From Octopus sinensis (Eukaryota): a DNA stretch of 64,000 bases. Under the pieces are notes generated by a model. That model worked only from the letters and a program-made list of their open reading frames with translations. It ran no database searches and had not been told where the DNA came from. The translations under genes were made by a program, and so were the position numbers. The stretch covers positions 153,326,001 through 153,390,000 of the forward strand of contig NC_042998.1 of assembly GCF_006345805.1 (NCBI RefSeq). Direction: 5' to 3'. Of this stretch, positions 37,290-49,893 are shown piece after piece. The stretch's first letter is position 1. The number at the start of each line of letters is the position of its first letter.

Positions 37290-40200
37290 TTTCTGGTTAT
37301 CGTGCATTCTTTGTTAAAGATCTAGTGTCGGAGAAAAACTTCATGGTGGACACTGGTTCTTCTTGCAGTATTTGGCCTCTGCGTTGCACAACCGACAGGC
37401 CAAAGTGATCTAACGTCATCTTGCACGCTATTGACTTGTCACCAATAGCCACATTCGGTCAGATCTCGTTGCGCCTTGATATTGGTCTTCGTCGAGACTT
37501 TCAATGGGTTTTTGTCATTGCCGACATTCCGCATCCTATTTTAGGTGCGGATTTTCTGGATAAATTTGATTTGTTGGTAGATGTCAGACGTTGGAGGTTG
37601 GTCGATAGTTCGACTACACTCTCCACGCCGACCGGAGAATCTATCAATTTAGCTCTTAGCCCGACATTTTTTGTCGGTACATCTGGAGATGTTTTTCACT
37701 CTCTTTTAGCTTCTTTTCCAGAGCTATATGATGTTACCTTTAGGGTGGCTAAGCCATTGCATTCGACACGACACTTTATAACAACAACTGGACCTCCTGT
37801 TTTTTCACGTCCAAGGCGTCTTGCACCTGATCGACTTAAAACTGCTAGGGCTGAGTTTGAGCATATGCTCCAGCTCGGTCTGATACGCCCCTCCACCAGT
37901 CCATGGGCATCTCCCCTTCATTTAGTAAGAAAAGGGGATACAGATTTTCGCCCGGTGGGAGATTATCGGCGTCTAAATTCGGTGACGATTCCGGACAAAT
38001 ATCCCATAAGGATTTTAAACGATTTTTCGGCAAATTTACATGGCTGTACTATTTTTTCTAAGGTTGACCTGATATGTGCCTACCATCAAATACCGGTCAA
38101 CTCAGACGATATTCCTAAAACAGCAATTACTACTCCTTTTGGCTGTTTCGAATTTTTATTTATGAGTTTTGGTTTGAGGAATGCCACTAGTACTTTCCAA
38201 CGGTTTATAGATGAAGTTGTTCGCGGACTTGATTTCGTGTTCGCGTATGTCGATGATATTCTAATTGCAAGTGATACGCATGAAAATCATCTCCTGCACT
38301 TGTCTCAGCTTTTTCAGCGTCTTCGCAACTATGGTGTTCGCATTAATCCAGACAAGTGTGTTTTTGGGTAACCATCTCTAAATTTTCTCGGTCATTATAT
38401 TGACTCGAGAGGAATCAAACCACTCTCGTCCAAAGTCGATGCTATTCAGCGCATCGCACCACCTTCTTCTTTACGTCAACTTCGCCATTTTTTAGGCATA
38501 GTAAATTTCTAAAGACGTTTCATAGATCGGTGTGCGGACAAGTTGTTACCTTTAACACAGATGCTAAAGGGCAATTCCAAGAAGGACGCCCGTCTTGCTC
38601 TTTCGGCTGAAGCACTATCTGCCTTTAATTTAGTTAAAAAGGAACTAGCTTCAGTCCCTATTTTGGCACATCCGGCTCCTAATGCTCCACTTACTTTATC
38701 TGTGGACGCATCAGAGTCTGCAATTGGCGCTGTTTTGCAGCACACCGTAGAGGGTGAAGTTAAGCCTTTAGCTTTCTTTTCTTGTCAGCTAAAGCCAGCT
38801 GAACGCAGATATAGTACCTTTGATCGAGAGTTACTAGCGATCTATCTGTCAGTTCGGCATTTTCAACACCAGCTCGAGGGACGAGAGTTTGTGATTTATA
38901 CTGATAACAAGCCCCTTACTTTTGCATTATCTTCTAAAACGGATAAACTCTCTCCTCGTGCTTTCCGTCACCTGGACTATATTTCCCAATTTACAAGTGA
39001 CATTAGGCATGTGCCAGGCAGTGAGAACGTCCCTGCAGATGCTCTCTCTAGACTCCCTGTCAATTCCATTTCCTCTCCTGCAGCAATTGATTTAACTGCT
39101 ATTTCGCAGGATCAACCACCTTTAGAGGAGTTGGATTTAACTTCGCCTAAGTTTATTAACTGTAAGTTTGTCTACCTTCCGCTCCCTACAGCGGAAGGCT
39201 CTATTCTTTGTGACGTTTCTACCGGTTCACCTAGACCATTAGTACCTGAGAAACATCAACGTTCTGTGTTTGATGCTCTTCATTCACTGTCACATCCAGG
39301 TATCTCTGCCACAGTAAAGCTTGTTACTGCTCGGTTCTTCTGGCCCAATATGCGACGATCAATTACCTCTTGGGCACGCTCTTGTTTGAGGTGCCAGAGT
39401 GCTAAAGTCCATAGACACGTTCGTGCTCCACTTGAACAATTTTCCTCTCCTGAAGCCCGTTTTCGCCATATCCACCTTGATTTGGTTGGACCATGGCCTG
39501 TGAGTCGCGGGTTCTCATACATTTTAACTTGTATTGATCGCTTTTCACGCTGGCCGGAAGCTATTCCTATAGCAGACATTTCAGCTGAAACTGTTGCGAG
39601 GGCTTTCGTATCTAATTGGATTTCGAGGTATGGTGTACCGTACAGTTTGACCACAGATCGTGGTCGACAATTCGAGTCTGCATTGTTTCGTGAGTTATCG
39701 CGAATCCTGGGGATGCATCATATACGCACCACAAGTTACCACCCCGCTTCTAATGGGATGGTGGAGCGTTTCCATAGGCAACTTAAGGCCGCTTTGCGTG
39801 CCTCGCCAAATCCACAGTCATGGACTGAATTTCTACCGATCGTCCTGCTTGGATGTCGGACTACGATTAAAGCAGACCTTGGTTTTTTGTCTGCCGAGCT
39901 CTTGTATGGTACCACACTGGCATTGCCTGGTACGATGTTGGTGCCAGACAAGTCACAGTCTCTTAATTTAGAGTCTTATGTTGCTCGATTACGCAGATAT
40001 TTTTCTGCCCTTCCTCCTATGGACCCTCGACACCAAAATCCTCCTTCTAGTGTGCCATCAGACCTTAATTCTTGGATGTATGTTTTTATTCGTGATGATT
40101 CTGTCAAAGGACCTCTTTTTTCTCCTTATAAAGGACCTTTTCGTGTGATTTGTCGCACGCCGAAGGTATTCAAACTTGAAATTAACGGTCGTTCGGAGAC

Positions 40201-40453
40201 CGTCTCCGTAGATCGTCTTAAAAGGGTATATTTTGAGGTGTCCACATCTTTTAATGACCCCACTGCCACAACCATCGTTGAACCTTCACATGCACCTTTG
40301 ACAACACCACTATTTACACATGCACCATTATCAACACCAACATCGACAACACCACCTTCGTCGTCGCAGCCTGCCTCGAACAGACCTTATGTTACGAGGT
40401 CAGGCAGAACTGTTCACTGGCCGAAAAAACTTTCCAAAACTATTTATATTTGA
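37290..40453 (+). pseudogene. pol: Pol (protease, RT, RNase H, integrase) with stops and a frameshift
   Basis: MVDTGSS protease, [24 protein letters not shown]...YTDNKPL RNase H, HPG...C..C and DLVG/TDRG/VERFH integrase. Confidence 0.92.
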
Positions 40454-40662
40454 CATTTTCAATTGACTTCCCAGTGACAGTTCAATACTCATTGAACTTT
40501 GCTCATTTTGAGTATTTTTTCTCTTTTACCTTTTAGGTGAATTTTTTGTTGTTGTTTTGATGTATTATATTGTGTGTTATTTTGGTTGTCTGGTATCCAC
40601 CTTGAGTTTTGCAGTCACTACAATAAGTTTCCTTCGTGCATACGCACTTGTGGGGGAGCCTT

Positions 40663-41215
40663 TGTAGTGAAGCTATACAACAGCGCGCGTGCGCAATGCC
40701 CTTTTCTGATTCGCGCGTGTTTTCATCACCAAGAGGAAATATTGCTATCGTGGAATTAGCTGATTGGCTAGGAAAAGCGACCCTTAGAAAAGAGGCAAGG
40801 GAACGCAAAAACCTTGACGAGAGACAGCGTCCAGCAGAGACAGCAGAAGGCCTTTGATACAAGCAGACGTATATTTCTCTCTGTCCAGCTTTGATAGCAT
40901 TCGGCCGAAGGTTTTTACCAAATTGTTGCGGACAACATCGTCTTCATATTCCGCGGCCATCTTTAACCCGTTCTGTTTTTAGTGGCTGAACATTGTAAAT
41001 ATTACAATTCGATTAACTTTCAGCCTTGCGCGCCCAGAACCAAGGATATCAGATATACCACTGATCTCTCACCATAAAACAATAAAGTATATCTATTTTT
41101 TACGTCTGCGTTTTGTGTTTCTTTGACTGGTAGAGTCTGGATATAAAAGCAACGGAAAGTGATTGCTTCTCGCACCCCCCAAAAGGTCCGGAGAAGATAT
41201 TCACATTTCCTTACA
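40663..41215 (+). repeat. 3' LTR (short purine tract GGGGGAG at 40652-40658)
   Basis: Direct repeat of 35834-36386. Confidence 0.95.
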
Positions 41216-43689
41216 AGTGTGTTCGCATGGATGATGGTTCACTTGCGCTAAATGAGGATGCAAAGAGAGAGGTTTGGAGATGCCACTATGAAAGGTTGCT
41301 GAATAAAGAAAATGAATGAGATAAAGAGAGTCTGCCGAATGTTGACCCAACAGAGGGACCAGCTATCCGAGTTGATAGTTCCGTGGTAGCTAAGGCAATT
41401 AGAAGTATGAAGACAGGGAAAGCCCCAGGCCCATCAGGAATTACTGCAGAGATGCTCAAAATATCTGGCAGTGTCGGCTATAACCTAGTCACCCGTATAG
41501 TCAACCAGGTGATACACGAAGGAGTCATACCCAATGACTGGTGTAGCAGCATACTAGTCAACTGCTACAAAGGTAAAGGTGATGCCCTAGATACAAATAA
41601 TTACAGAGGTATCAAGCTGTTGGATCAGGTAATGAAGGTTACGGAGAGGGTCATAGCCCAACTAATTAGAGAGAGAGTTAGTTTAGATGAGATGCAGTTT
41701 AGATTCGTGCCAGGGAAAAGCACCACTGATGCTATATTCCTGGTAAGACAGCTGCAGGAGAAATACCTAGCCAAAGATAAGCCCCTGTACCTGGCTTTCG
41801 TTGACATGGAGAAAGCCTTTGATAGGGTCCCCCGATCCCTCATCTGGTGGTCAATGAGAAAACTAGGGATAGATGAATGGCTGGTGAGGGCTGTGCAAGC
41901 CATGTACAGAGATGCCGTAAGTAAGGTTAGGGTTGGCAACATGTACACAGAAGAATTCAAAGTAGAGGTTGGGGTCCACCAGGGTTCAGTACTCAGCCCC
42001 CTCCTATTTATCATAGTCCTCCAGGCAATTGTGGAGGAATTCAAGACAGGTTGCCCCTGGGAGCTCCTCTATGCTGACGACCTCGCTCTAATTGCTGAGT
42101 CACTATCAGAACTGGAGGAGAAGTTCCAGGTGTGGAAGGAGGGTTTAGAATCGAGGGGCCTTAGAGTCAACCTAGCTAAAACCAAAGTACTAATAAGTAG
42201 AAAGGTAGACAATCCACAAATGTCCTCAGGAAGATGGCCCTGCTCGATCTGTAGAAAAGGTGTAGGTAGAAACTCTATAAGATGTACCCAGTGTAAGCTA
42301 TGGACACATAAGAGGTGCAGCAATGTCAAAGGTAGGCTAACTGGGAAGATAGTTTTTGTATGTGGCAGATGCTCGGGAGCAGTGACCTCCGAAAATCTGC
42401 AGAAAACAACTTCCATCACTTTCCAGGGGGAAAAATTAGAAGTAGTTGATAGCTTCCGTTATCTAGGTGACCAAGTCAGTAGTGGGGGTGGGTGCGCTGA
42501 GAGTGTAACTGCTAGAATAAGAATAGCCTGGGCAAAGTTTAGGGAGCTCTTACCTCTGCTGGTGATTAAAGGCCTCTCGCTCAGAGTAAAAGGCAGACTG
42601 TATGATGCATGTGTACGAACTGCCATGCTACATGGCAGTGAAACATGGGCCGTGACTGCTGAGGACATGCGTAAGCTCATGAGGAATGAAGCCAGTATGC
42701 TCCGATGGATGTGTAATGTCAGTGTACTTACTCGACAGAGCGTTAGTTCCTTGAGAGAAATGTTGTACCTAAGAAGCATCAGTTGTGGTGTGCAAGAGAG
42801 ACGATTGCGCTGGTATGGTCATGTGGCGAGAATGGATGAAGATAGGTGTGTGAGAAAGTGCCAATCCCTAGCAGTTGAGGGAACCCGTGGAAAACCTGGG
42901 ACGAGGTGGTGAAGCACGACCTTCGAACGTTAGGTCTCACCATGGAAATGACTAGAGACCGAGACCTATGGAAGTATGCTGTGCGTGAGAAGACCCGGCA
43001 AGACTAGTGAGGCCATAATCCGTGGCCCCTACCTGGGACGTAGTCAGTCCACCTGTGCATACCTTCCTGCTTGTGACACTTGTGAAGACCTGTTGAGGCA
43101 AGTGAAAATCAAATCAAATCAAATCAAATCAAACCAAATCAAAATAGATGAACATCAATGGAATTTGTATCCTTGTGGTACCAGTGCCGGTGGCACATAA
43201 GAAAACCATCCGAACGGGACCGTAGCCAGTACCGCATCGACTGGCCTCCGTGCTGTGGGCACGTAACAAACACCATCCGATCATTGCCGTTCGCCAGCCT
43301 CGTCTGGCACCTGTGTCGGTGGTACATAAGAAAACACCGAAAACACCATCCGAACGTGGCCGTCTGCCAGCCCTGTCTGGCACCTGTGTCGGTGGCACAT
43401 AAAAAACACCATCCGAGCGTGGCCGTCTGCCAGCCTCGTCTGGCACCTGTGTCGGTGGCACATAAAAAACACCATCCGAGCGTGGCCGTCTGCCAGCCTC
43501 GTCTGGCACCTGTGTCGGTGGCACATAAAATCACCCACTACACTCTCGGAGTGGTTGGCGTTAGGAAGGGCATCCAGCTTTAGAAACACTGCCAGATCTG
43601 ACTGGCCTGGTGCAGCCTTCGGGCTTGCCAGACCCCAGTTGAACCGTCCAACCCATGCTAGCATGGAAAGCGGACGTTAAACGATGATG

Positions 43690-43691
<2 letters not shown>
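41216..43691 (+). mobile_element. RTE LINE, 3' part (RT ORF 41383-42912, 3'UTR tandem repeats, (GAT)n tail)
   Basis: KAPGPSG, NYRGIKLL, DMEKAFDRV, GVHQGSVLSPLLF, YADD, RLRWYGHV. Tail at 43683-43691 runs into (TA)n. Confidence 0.95.
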
Positions 43692-43722
<31 letters not shown>

Positions 43723-46146
43723 TACATATATACATACATCCATATATATACATCCATATACATACAATAGAGAGATGTTTTTGTTTCACTTTTAACACGT
43801 AATACTGAAATAGTGGAGAAGATAAGATATTGCTGTGGGCTCGACTTGGCAAGAAGTTGAACATTTTTTTTGCCCATGACACTACATGGACCCTAAGTAA
43901 GGCATGTGTAAAATTTGAATGAAATTGGTTGTGTAGTTCTCAAGTTTTAGGGATTTACACAGACAGACAGACACACATTCTCAGTTTTATATATATAGAT
44001 GGAGCCTCTACATTACCATTTTCACATGCTAGAAATAACAGCAAAAATCTCTCAGTTCACATCCAACTCCTTGAAATATAGAGGGGATAAATTGAAAAAA
44101 TTAGATCACCCCATAATTTTAATGATAGTATGTTTATTCTAGCAAGTTTATTGATAAACATTTGTCACAGCACTATTGCTAGCAAACAGTGCTTCCAACC
44201 AAGACTACCAATGTGTGAATCCTAGACTCAATCATTCTCTAACAGATGTAAATAGTATTACAATAATTGTTCATTCATTGTATGGTATAATTAGACATTA
44301 AAGATCACTGGTCTGTTAAGTTTCAATAAAAAATATAAGTTTGTAGGATTTCACATTGCTGGCTATTGTCAAGTTAGTTGTTAATGTTATAACCTCCATT
44401 AATAAATAATTGTATCAAGCTATTTAATTCTATAATAATTGTGGTACCTCTGTGATTATTTTTAAGATTGTACATTATTATACAATATGAGTCAAAGTAT
44501 TTAATCATCATCTTTTAATATCCATCTTTCATGGATATTAAAATGGCTGGCTGATTTGACAGGATCTGACAAGCCTGAAGACTGCTCTAATGACTGCTTT
44601 GGCATGGTTTTGATGGCTGGATACTCTTCCTAATACCATCTCCTTTACAATGGTTATGTAGTTTTTTGTGGCACCAACACTAGTGAGGTTGTCAGAGAGC
44701 TTGAAAGACTAAGATCCCTTTGATTGAGTGAGGCTATAGTAGAGAGGGAGGCAACTTTATGCTAGGAAATGAGGGGTTAATGTATGAAGGAACCAGAACA
44801 GAACAGGTTTCTTGCTGTAGAAGAGCTACATGGCTACTCATATTATTGAAGAAAGGGTGGAAGTATCTGAGGTGGATCTGGAAAGAGAAATAAAGAAGGT
44901 AGTGCTGAGGTGTCAGGGTGAATCATGAAGGTACCAGAAGGTGAATAGGAGTGGAGACAGAAGAACAGGAAGTGTGGGTGGGTAGATGTTACAAAAATAT
45001 ATAGCAAGAATGAGGGATGGTTAGAGATGGGGAATGGATAAGGGAATGAATATAATAAATGAACAAGGGGTGATGGTAGGTTGATAAATATACATTGAAG
45101 AGAAGGTAAGGAAATGTAGGTGATGAGTATGGAGATTGGACAGGGTTGAAAGGTGGATGTAGTGAATAATGAACAAGGGTGGGGTGGTGATTGATAATAC
45201 ATACGAATTAGGGGAAAGGTAGGGAAGAATAGGTGTTAGCTGACAGTATAGAAAGGGGTGAAGTGCAGCAGAATTGCAACAATGGTACAGCATTCAGGGG
45301 ATGGATGAGAAAAAGATGATGTACTGGCATGTAGGTTGGAAGAGTGTGGAGGTCGAGGTAGGTATAGTGCATGAGGAGAGTGAGAGATGTATGGTGGTGG
45401 AGTAAAGGTAAAATGTGAATGGGGAGGGACAATAATAAGAATGAAGGATTTCAAGTCAAATGGTTTCAGATACTGAGAAAATAGCTGGTCTAACATAGTT
45501 TATATTAACCAATTGGCATTTACAATGACTAATACACGTTCACAATAGCCAATATATTTTACAGTTGTCAATACATGTTTACAATGGCAAATACATGTTT
45601 GCAAAAACTAATAAATGTTTAAAATATCAAATGTTTACTGCAATCAACACACCTGCAGTAATCTGTATATATATATATAAGGCAGGATGTGTGCGTGTGT
45701 GTACGTGATTGTAGTTTATGCACATCCACAAATTAGCATGCATGTCGCTCAAATTTTAGGAGGACATTCGTCACGATCCTAGCAGTATTTTCGTCAAATT
45801 ATTTTCCCCCGAGGCACCCATGAATAGCGGTAAATAATTTTGAGCCATAACTTCAATTTTCACAGCGGAGAAATCCACTGTAGTGACGCCATTATTATTT
45901 ACAAAACATGAGTTAAGTCCCCTTCTAGCGACGTTGTAAAGAGAGGAAGGGAGGGAGGGAGAGAGAGAGAGAGATAACAGATTTTTAAAATTTCTTTTAG
46001 TGAGTGATCGACAGACAAAAACAGACAGACAGGTATTGTTATATATGTATGTATGTCTGTCTTCAGTCACACACACTCACACGAGCATTTATGCATACAA
46101 AACAGATGCATGCGATGTGTGTTGACCGTATATATGTATATATATA

Positions 46147-46529
46147 TAAAGCTGAAGTCGTCTGTGTATGGCAGGTTTGGTAGCCTTCAACTAACACTAT
46201 CTCCTCCGAGACCCTGCGGTGCAAGTTAACCAAAATTGAGAGTATGATAGAAGAAGGGTTGCTCTTCCTTCCGTAGAAGAAAAAATTCAAATCGGACCAT
46301 GTTAACGCCAAAAATTATTTACATCAAAAAGGTGCTTTTTTTCTATGAAAATCCCTATTTTTTTTACGATTTTTTAACTGCTGTGTCGCCATTTTTCGGT
46401 GTATTTCAACCAGAAAAATGTTCACTTAAAGAGAAAAACAAGTTACATAATAAAAAATTTTTACTTTTAAAAAATTCCAATTCTAAAGGGTCGAAACAAA
46501 CCTGAGCAACGCCGGGCGATACTGCTAGT
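46147..46529 (+). mobile_element. Non-autonomous Helitron-like element (second copy ends at about 48120)
   Basis: Ends CCTGAGCAACGCCGGGCGATACTGCTAGT (GC hairpin plus CTAG). Confidence 0.7.
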
Positions 46530-49471
46530 TGCACACATTTCCAACAGTGTGCTAAAGGGAGATAATTCTAAGTGTCCTAATCTGATTCCATTCCCCGCCC
46601 ACATTCTGATACAAAGACGCCTCGCTGTTATTTTATCATTTTAACGTTGCTGGATCCAATGAGAGAACAATTCTTTTTTTTTTTTTTGTCGGTATCCCGT
46701 AAAGAGATAAAAGACAAACAGACGAAAGGGAAGTTGAAAAAATTAAAATAACTTACATCAACACTATCAACAAGAAACAGTTCTGACTTGCTTCTTCAAT
46801 TTTGAAATATAATTTTATTGAACCGTTCTTGCAAAATATTACCAACATATTTGGTAATATGATGTGACAAAACAACAACCATCCTTTTACAACTTGTTCT
46901 ACTACGTGTGATTATGAAGTAGGTGTTTGGTTAAATCTAACCGTCAACAGCGTTGCTCTATTAACAAAATTCACTTTTCACGAAAGAGTAAGTATTGATT
47001 TATTTTTCGTCATCAATTTTGTCGTTTCTATCACTATTGTTGGACTGACTCCAGTATATATTCCCATCTTGTATCCATCATTTACTCCGATCTCTGAAAT
47101 TACAATCAGACATACAATATACACATATAGTTTATACTTAGACAGATTCATGTAACCCACACATGTACAGATTTACACATAAACACACACATATGTGTGT
47201 ATGTGCGCGCTCGCTTAGTTAAGTAAAGGTGCCATCACATCGGGAACCAGGAAGCATTTACAACTATCCCTTGAATGTGCAAGGTGACTGCGAAGCGTGC
47301 AGTTTCGTAATATTTCGATATGGGGAAATCCATTTGTCCCGTACTGTTCTGGAAACCGTGACTACCCAAATCTGGATGTGTGTGTGATGGCTATGTACTC
47401 GTTAGACGAGCGTGATCATCGCCGACAAGAGTGTCAGCAATGCCAGTGCAAAGGTTTGAAGTCGAGCGCGGTTTGCACAACGCGACGAGGCAAGGAAATG
47501 AGCTCAGAGGCAAAGAAAGTGCAATATACCCGGGTCAGTAGAGCAGCGAGTTTTATATATCGGTTAGCCTTCTTCTAGGATATGTATGTATGTATATGTA
47601 TGTATGTATGCATGTATGTATGTATGCATGCATGTATGTCTATCTGTCTTCAGTCAAACACACTCACACGAGCATTTATGCATACAAAACAGATGCATGC
47701 AATGTGTGTTGACCGTATATATATATATATATATATATAAAGCTGAAGTTGTCTGTGTATGGCAGGTTTGGTAGCCTTCAACTAACACTATCTCCTCCAA
47801 GACCCTGCAACGCAAGTTGACCAAAATTGAGAGTATGATAGAAGAAGGCTTGCTCTTCCTTCCGTAGAAGAAAAAATTCAAATCGGACCATGTTAACGCC
47901 AAAAATTATTTACATCAAAAAGGTGCTTTTTTTCTATGAAAATCCCTATTTTTTTTACGATTTTTTAACTGCTGTGTCGCCATTTTTCGGTGTATTTCAA
48001 CCAGAAAAATGTTCACTTAAAGAGAAAAACAAGTTACATAATAAAAAATTTTTACTTTTAAAAAATTCCAATTCTAAAGGGTCGAAACAAACCTGAGCAA
48101 CGCCGGGCGATACTGCTAGTTGCACACATTTCCAACAGTGTGCTAAAGGGAGATAATTCTAAGTGTCCTAATCTGATTCCATTCCCCGCCCACATTCTGA
48201 TACAAAGACGCCTCGCTGTTATTTTATCATTTTAACGTTGCTGGATCCAATGAGAGAACAATTCTTTTTTTTTTTTTGTCGGTATCCCGTAAAGAGATAA
48301 AAGACAAACAGACGAAAGGGAAGTTGAAAAAATTAAAATAACTTACATCAACACTATCAACAAGAAACAGTTCTGACTTGCTTCTTCAATTTTGAAATAT
48401 AATTTTATTGAACCGTTCTTGCAAAATATTACCAACATATTTGGTAATATGATGTGACAAAACAACAACCATCCTTTTACAACTTGTTCTACTACGTGTG
48501 ATTATGAAGTAGGTGTTTGGTTAAATCTAACCGTCAACAGCGTTGCTCTATTAACAAAATTCACTTTTCACGAAAGAGTAAGTATTGATTTATTTTTCGT
48601 CATCAATTTTGTCGTTTCTATCACTATTGTTGGACTGACTCCAGTATATATTCCCATCTTGTATCCATCATTTACTCCGATCTCTGAAATTACAATCAGA
48701 CATACAATATACACATATAGTTTATACTTAGACAGATTCATGTAACCCACACATGTACAGATTTACACATAAACACACACATATGTGTGTATGTGCGCGC
48801 TCGCTTAGTTAAGTAAAGGTGCCATCACATCGGGAACCAGGAAGCATTTACAACTATCCCTTGAATGTGCAAGGTGACTGCGAAGCGTGCAGTTTCGTAA
48901 TATTTCGATATGGGGAAATCCATTTGTCCCGTACTGTTCTGGAAACCGTGACTACCCAAATCTGGATGTGTGTGTGATGGCTATGTACTCGTTAGACGAG
49001 CGTGATCATCGCCGACAAGAGTGTCAGCAATGCCAGTGCAAAGGTTTGAAGTCGAGCGCGGTTTGCACAACGCGACGAGGCAAGGAAATGAGCTCAGAGG
49101 CAAAGAAAGTGCAATATACCCGGGTCAGTAGAGCAGCGAGTTTTATATATCGGTTAGCCTTCTTCTAGGATATGTATGTATGTATATGTATGTATGTATG
49201 CATGTATGTATGTATGCATGCATGTATGTCTATCTGTCTTCAGTCAAACACACTCACACGAGCATTTATGCATACAAAACAGATGCATGCAATGTGTGTT
49301 GACCGTATATATATATATATATATATAAAGCTGAAGTTGTCTGTGTATGGCAGGTTTGGTAGCCTTCAACTAACACTATCTCCTCCAAGACCCTGCAACG
49401 CAAGTTGACCAAAATTGAGAGTATGATAGAAGAAGGCTTGCTCTTCCTTCCGTAGAAGAAAAAATTCAAAT
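46293..49471 (+). repeat. Near-perfect tandem duplication, units 46293-47883 and 47884-49471
   Basis: Identical ORF pairs offset by 1590-1591 bp. The only differences seen are poly-T and (TA)n lengths. Confidence 0.93.
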
Positions 49472-49893
49472 CTTCTTCTAGGATATGTGTGTATATATAT
49501 ATATATATAAGTATGTATAAAAGGGAAGGCCGGTTTGTGGGATTGCCATAAGTTTCCTGTCCATAAAGGGTTTAGACCAACAGGTTTTTGGGATCTGACG
49601 ATACGCTATAAAGCTAAACCCATTATGGACGGGAAACCTAAGGTAATCCCATAAACCGGCCTTTCCCATTTATAATATATACTTTCTACAAAAGTTACAA
49701 TTGTATATTTTAGAGAATGTTTAATATTTTTTTGTTTCAGTGAGTGATTTAAAGTATAACTGGTTTCGATGTATCCATCTTATCAACTATTAAAAAGAAT
49801 TTGGGGGGGAAATCAAAGAGAAAAAAAATGGGGGTTAACAGTTTGCACCCATGTTTCAGGGCATAGTGAAATTTTACTTTAGAGTCACTGCTG

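Larger units (their letters stand above)
35834..41215 (+). mobile_element. Full-length Ty3/Gypsy LTR retrotransposon, CsRn1-like lineage, defective
   Basis: TG...CA LTRs of 553 bp. TSD AGTG at 35830-35833 and 41216-41219. PR-RT-RH-INT order. Gag C-x2-H-x9-C-x3-C motif. tRNA-Trp PBS. Confidence 0.95.

Noticed and set aside
44830-45500. Several overlapping His/Pro/Leu-rich minus-strand ORFs
   Set aside because: Purine-rich low-complexity sequence with no domain signal.
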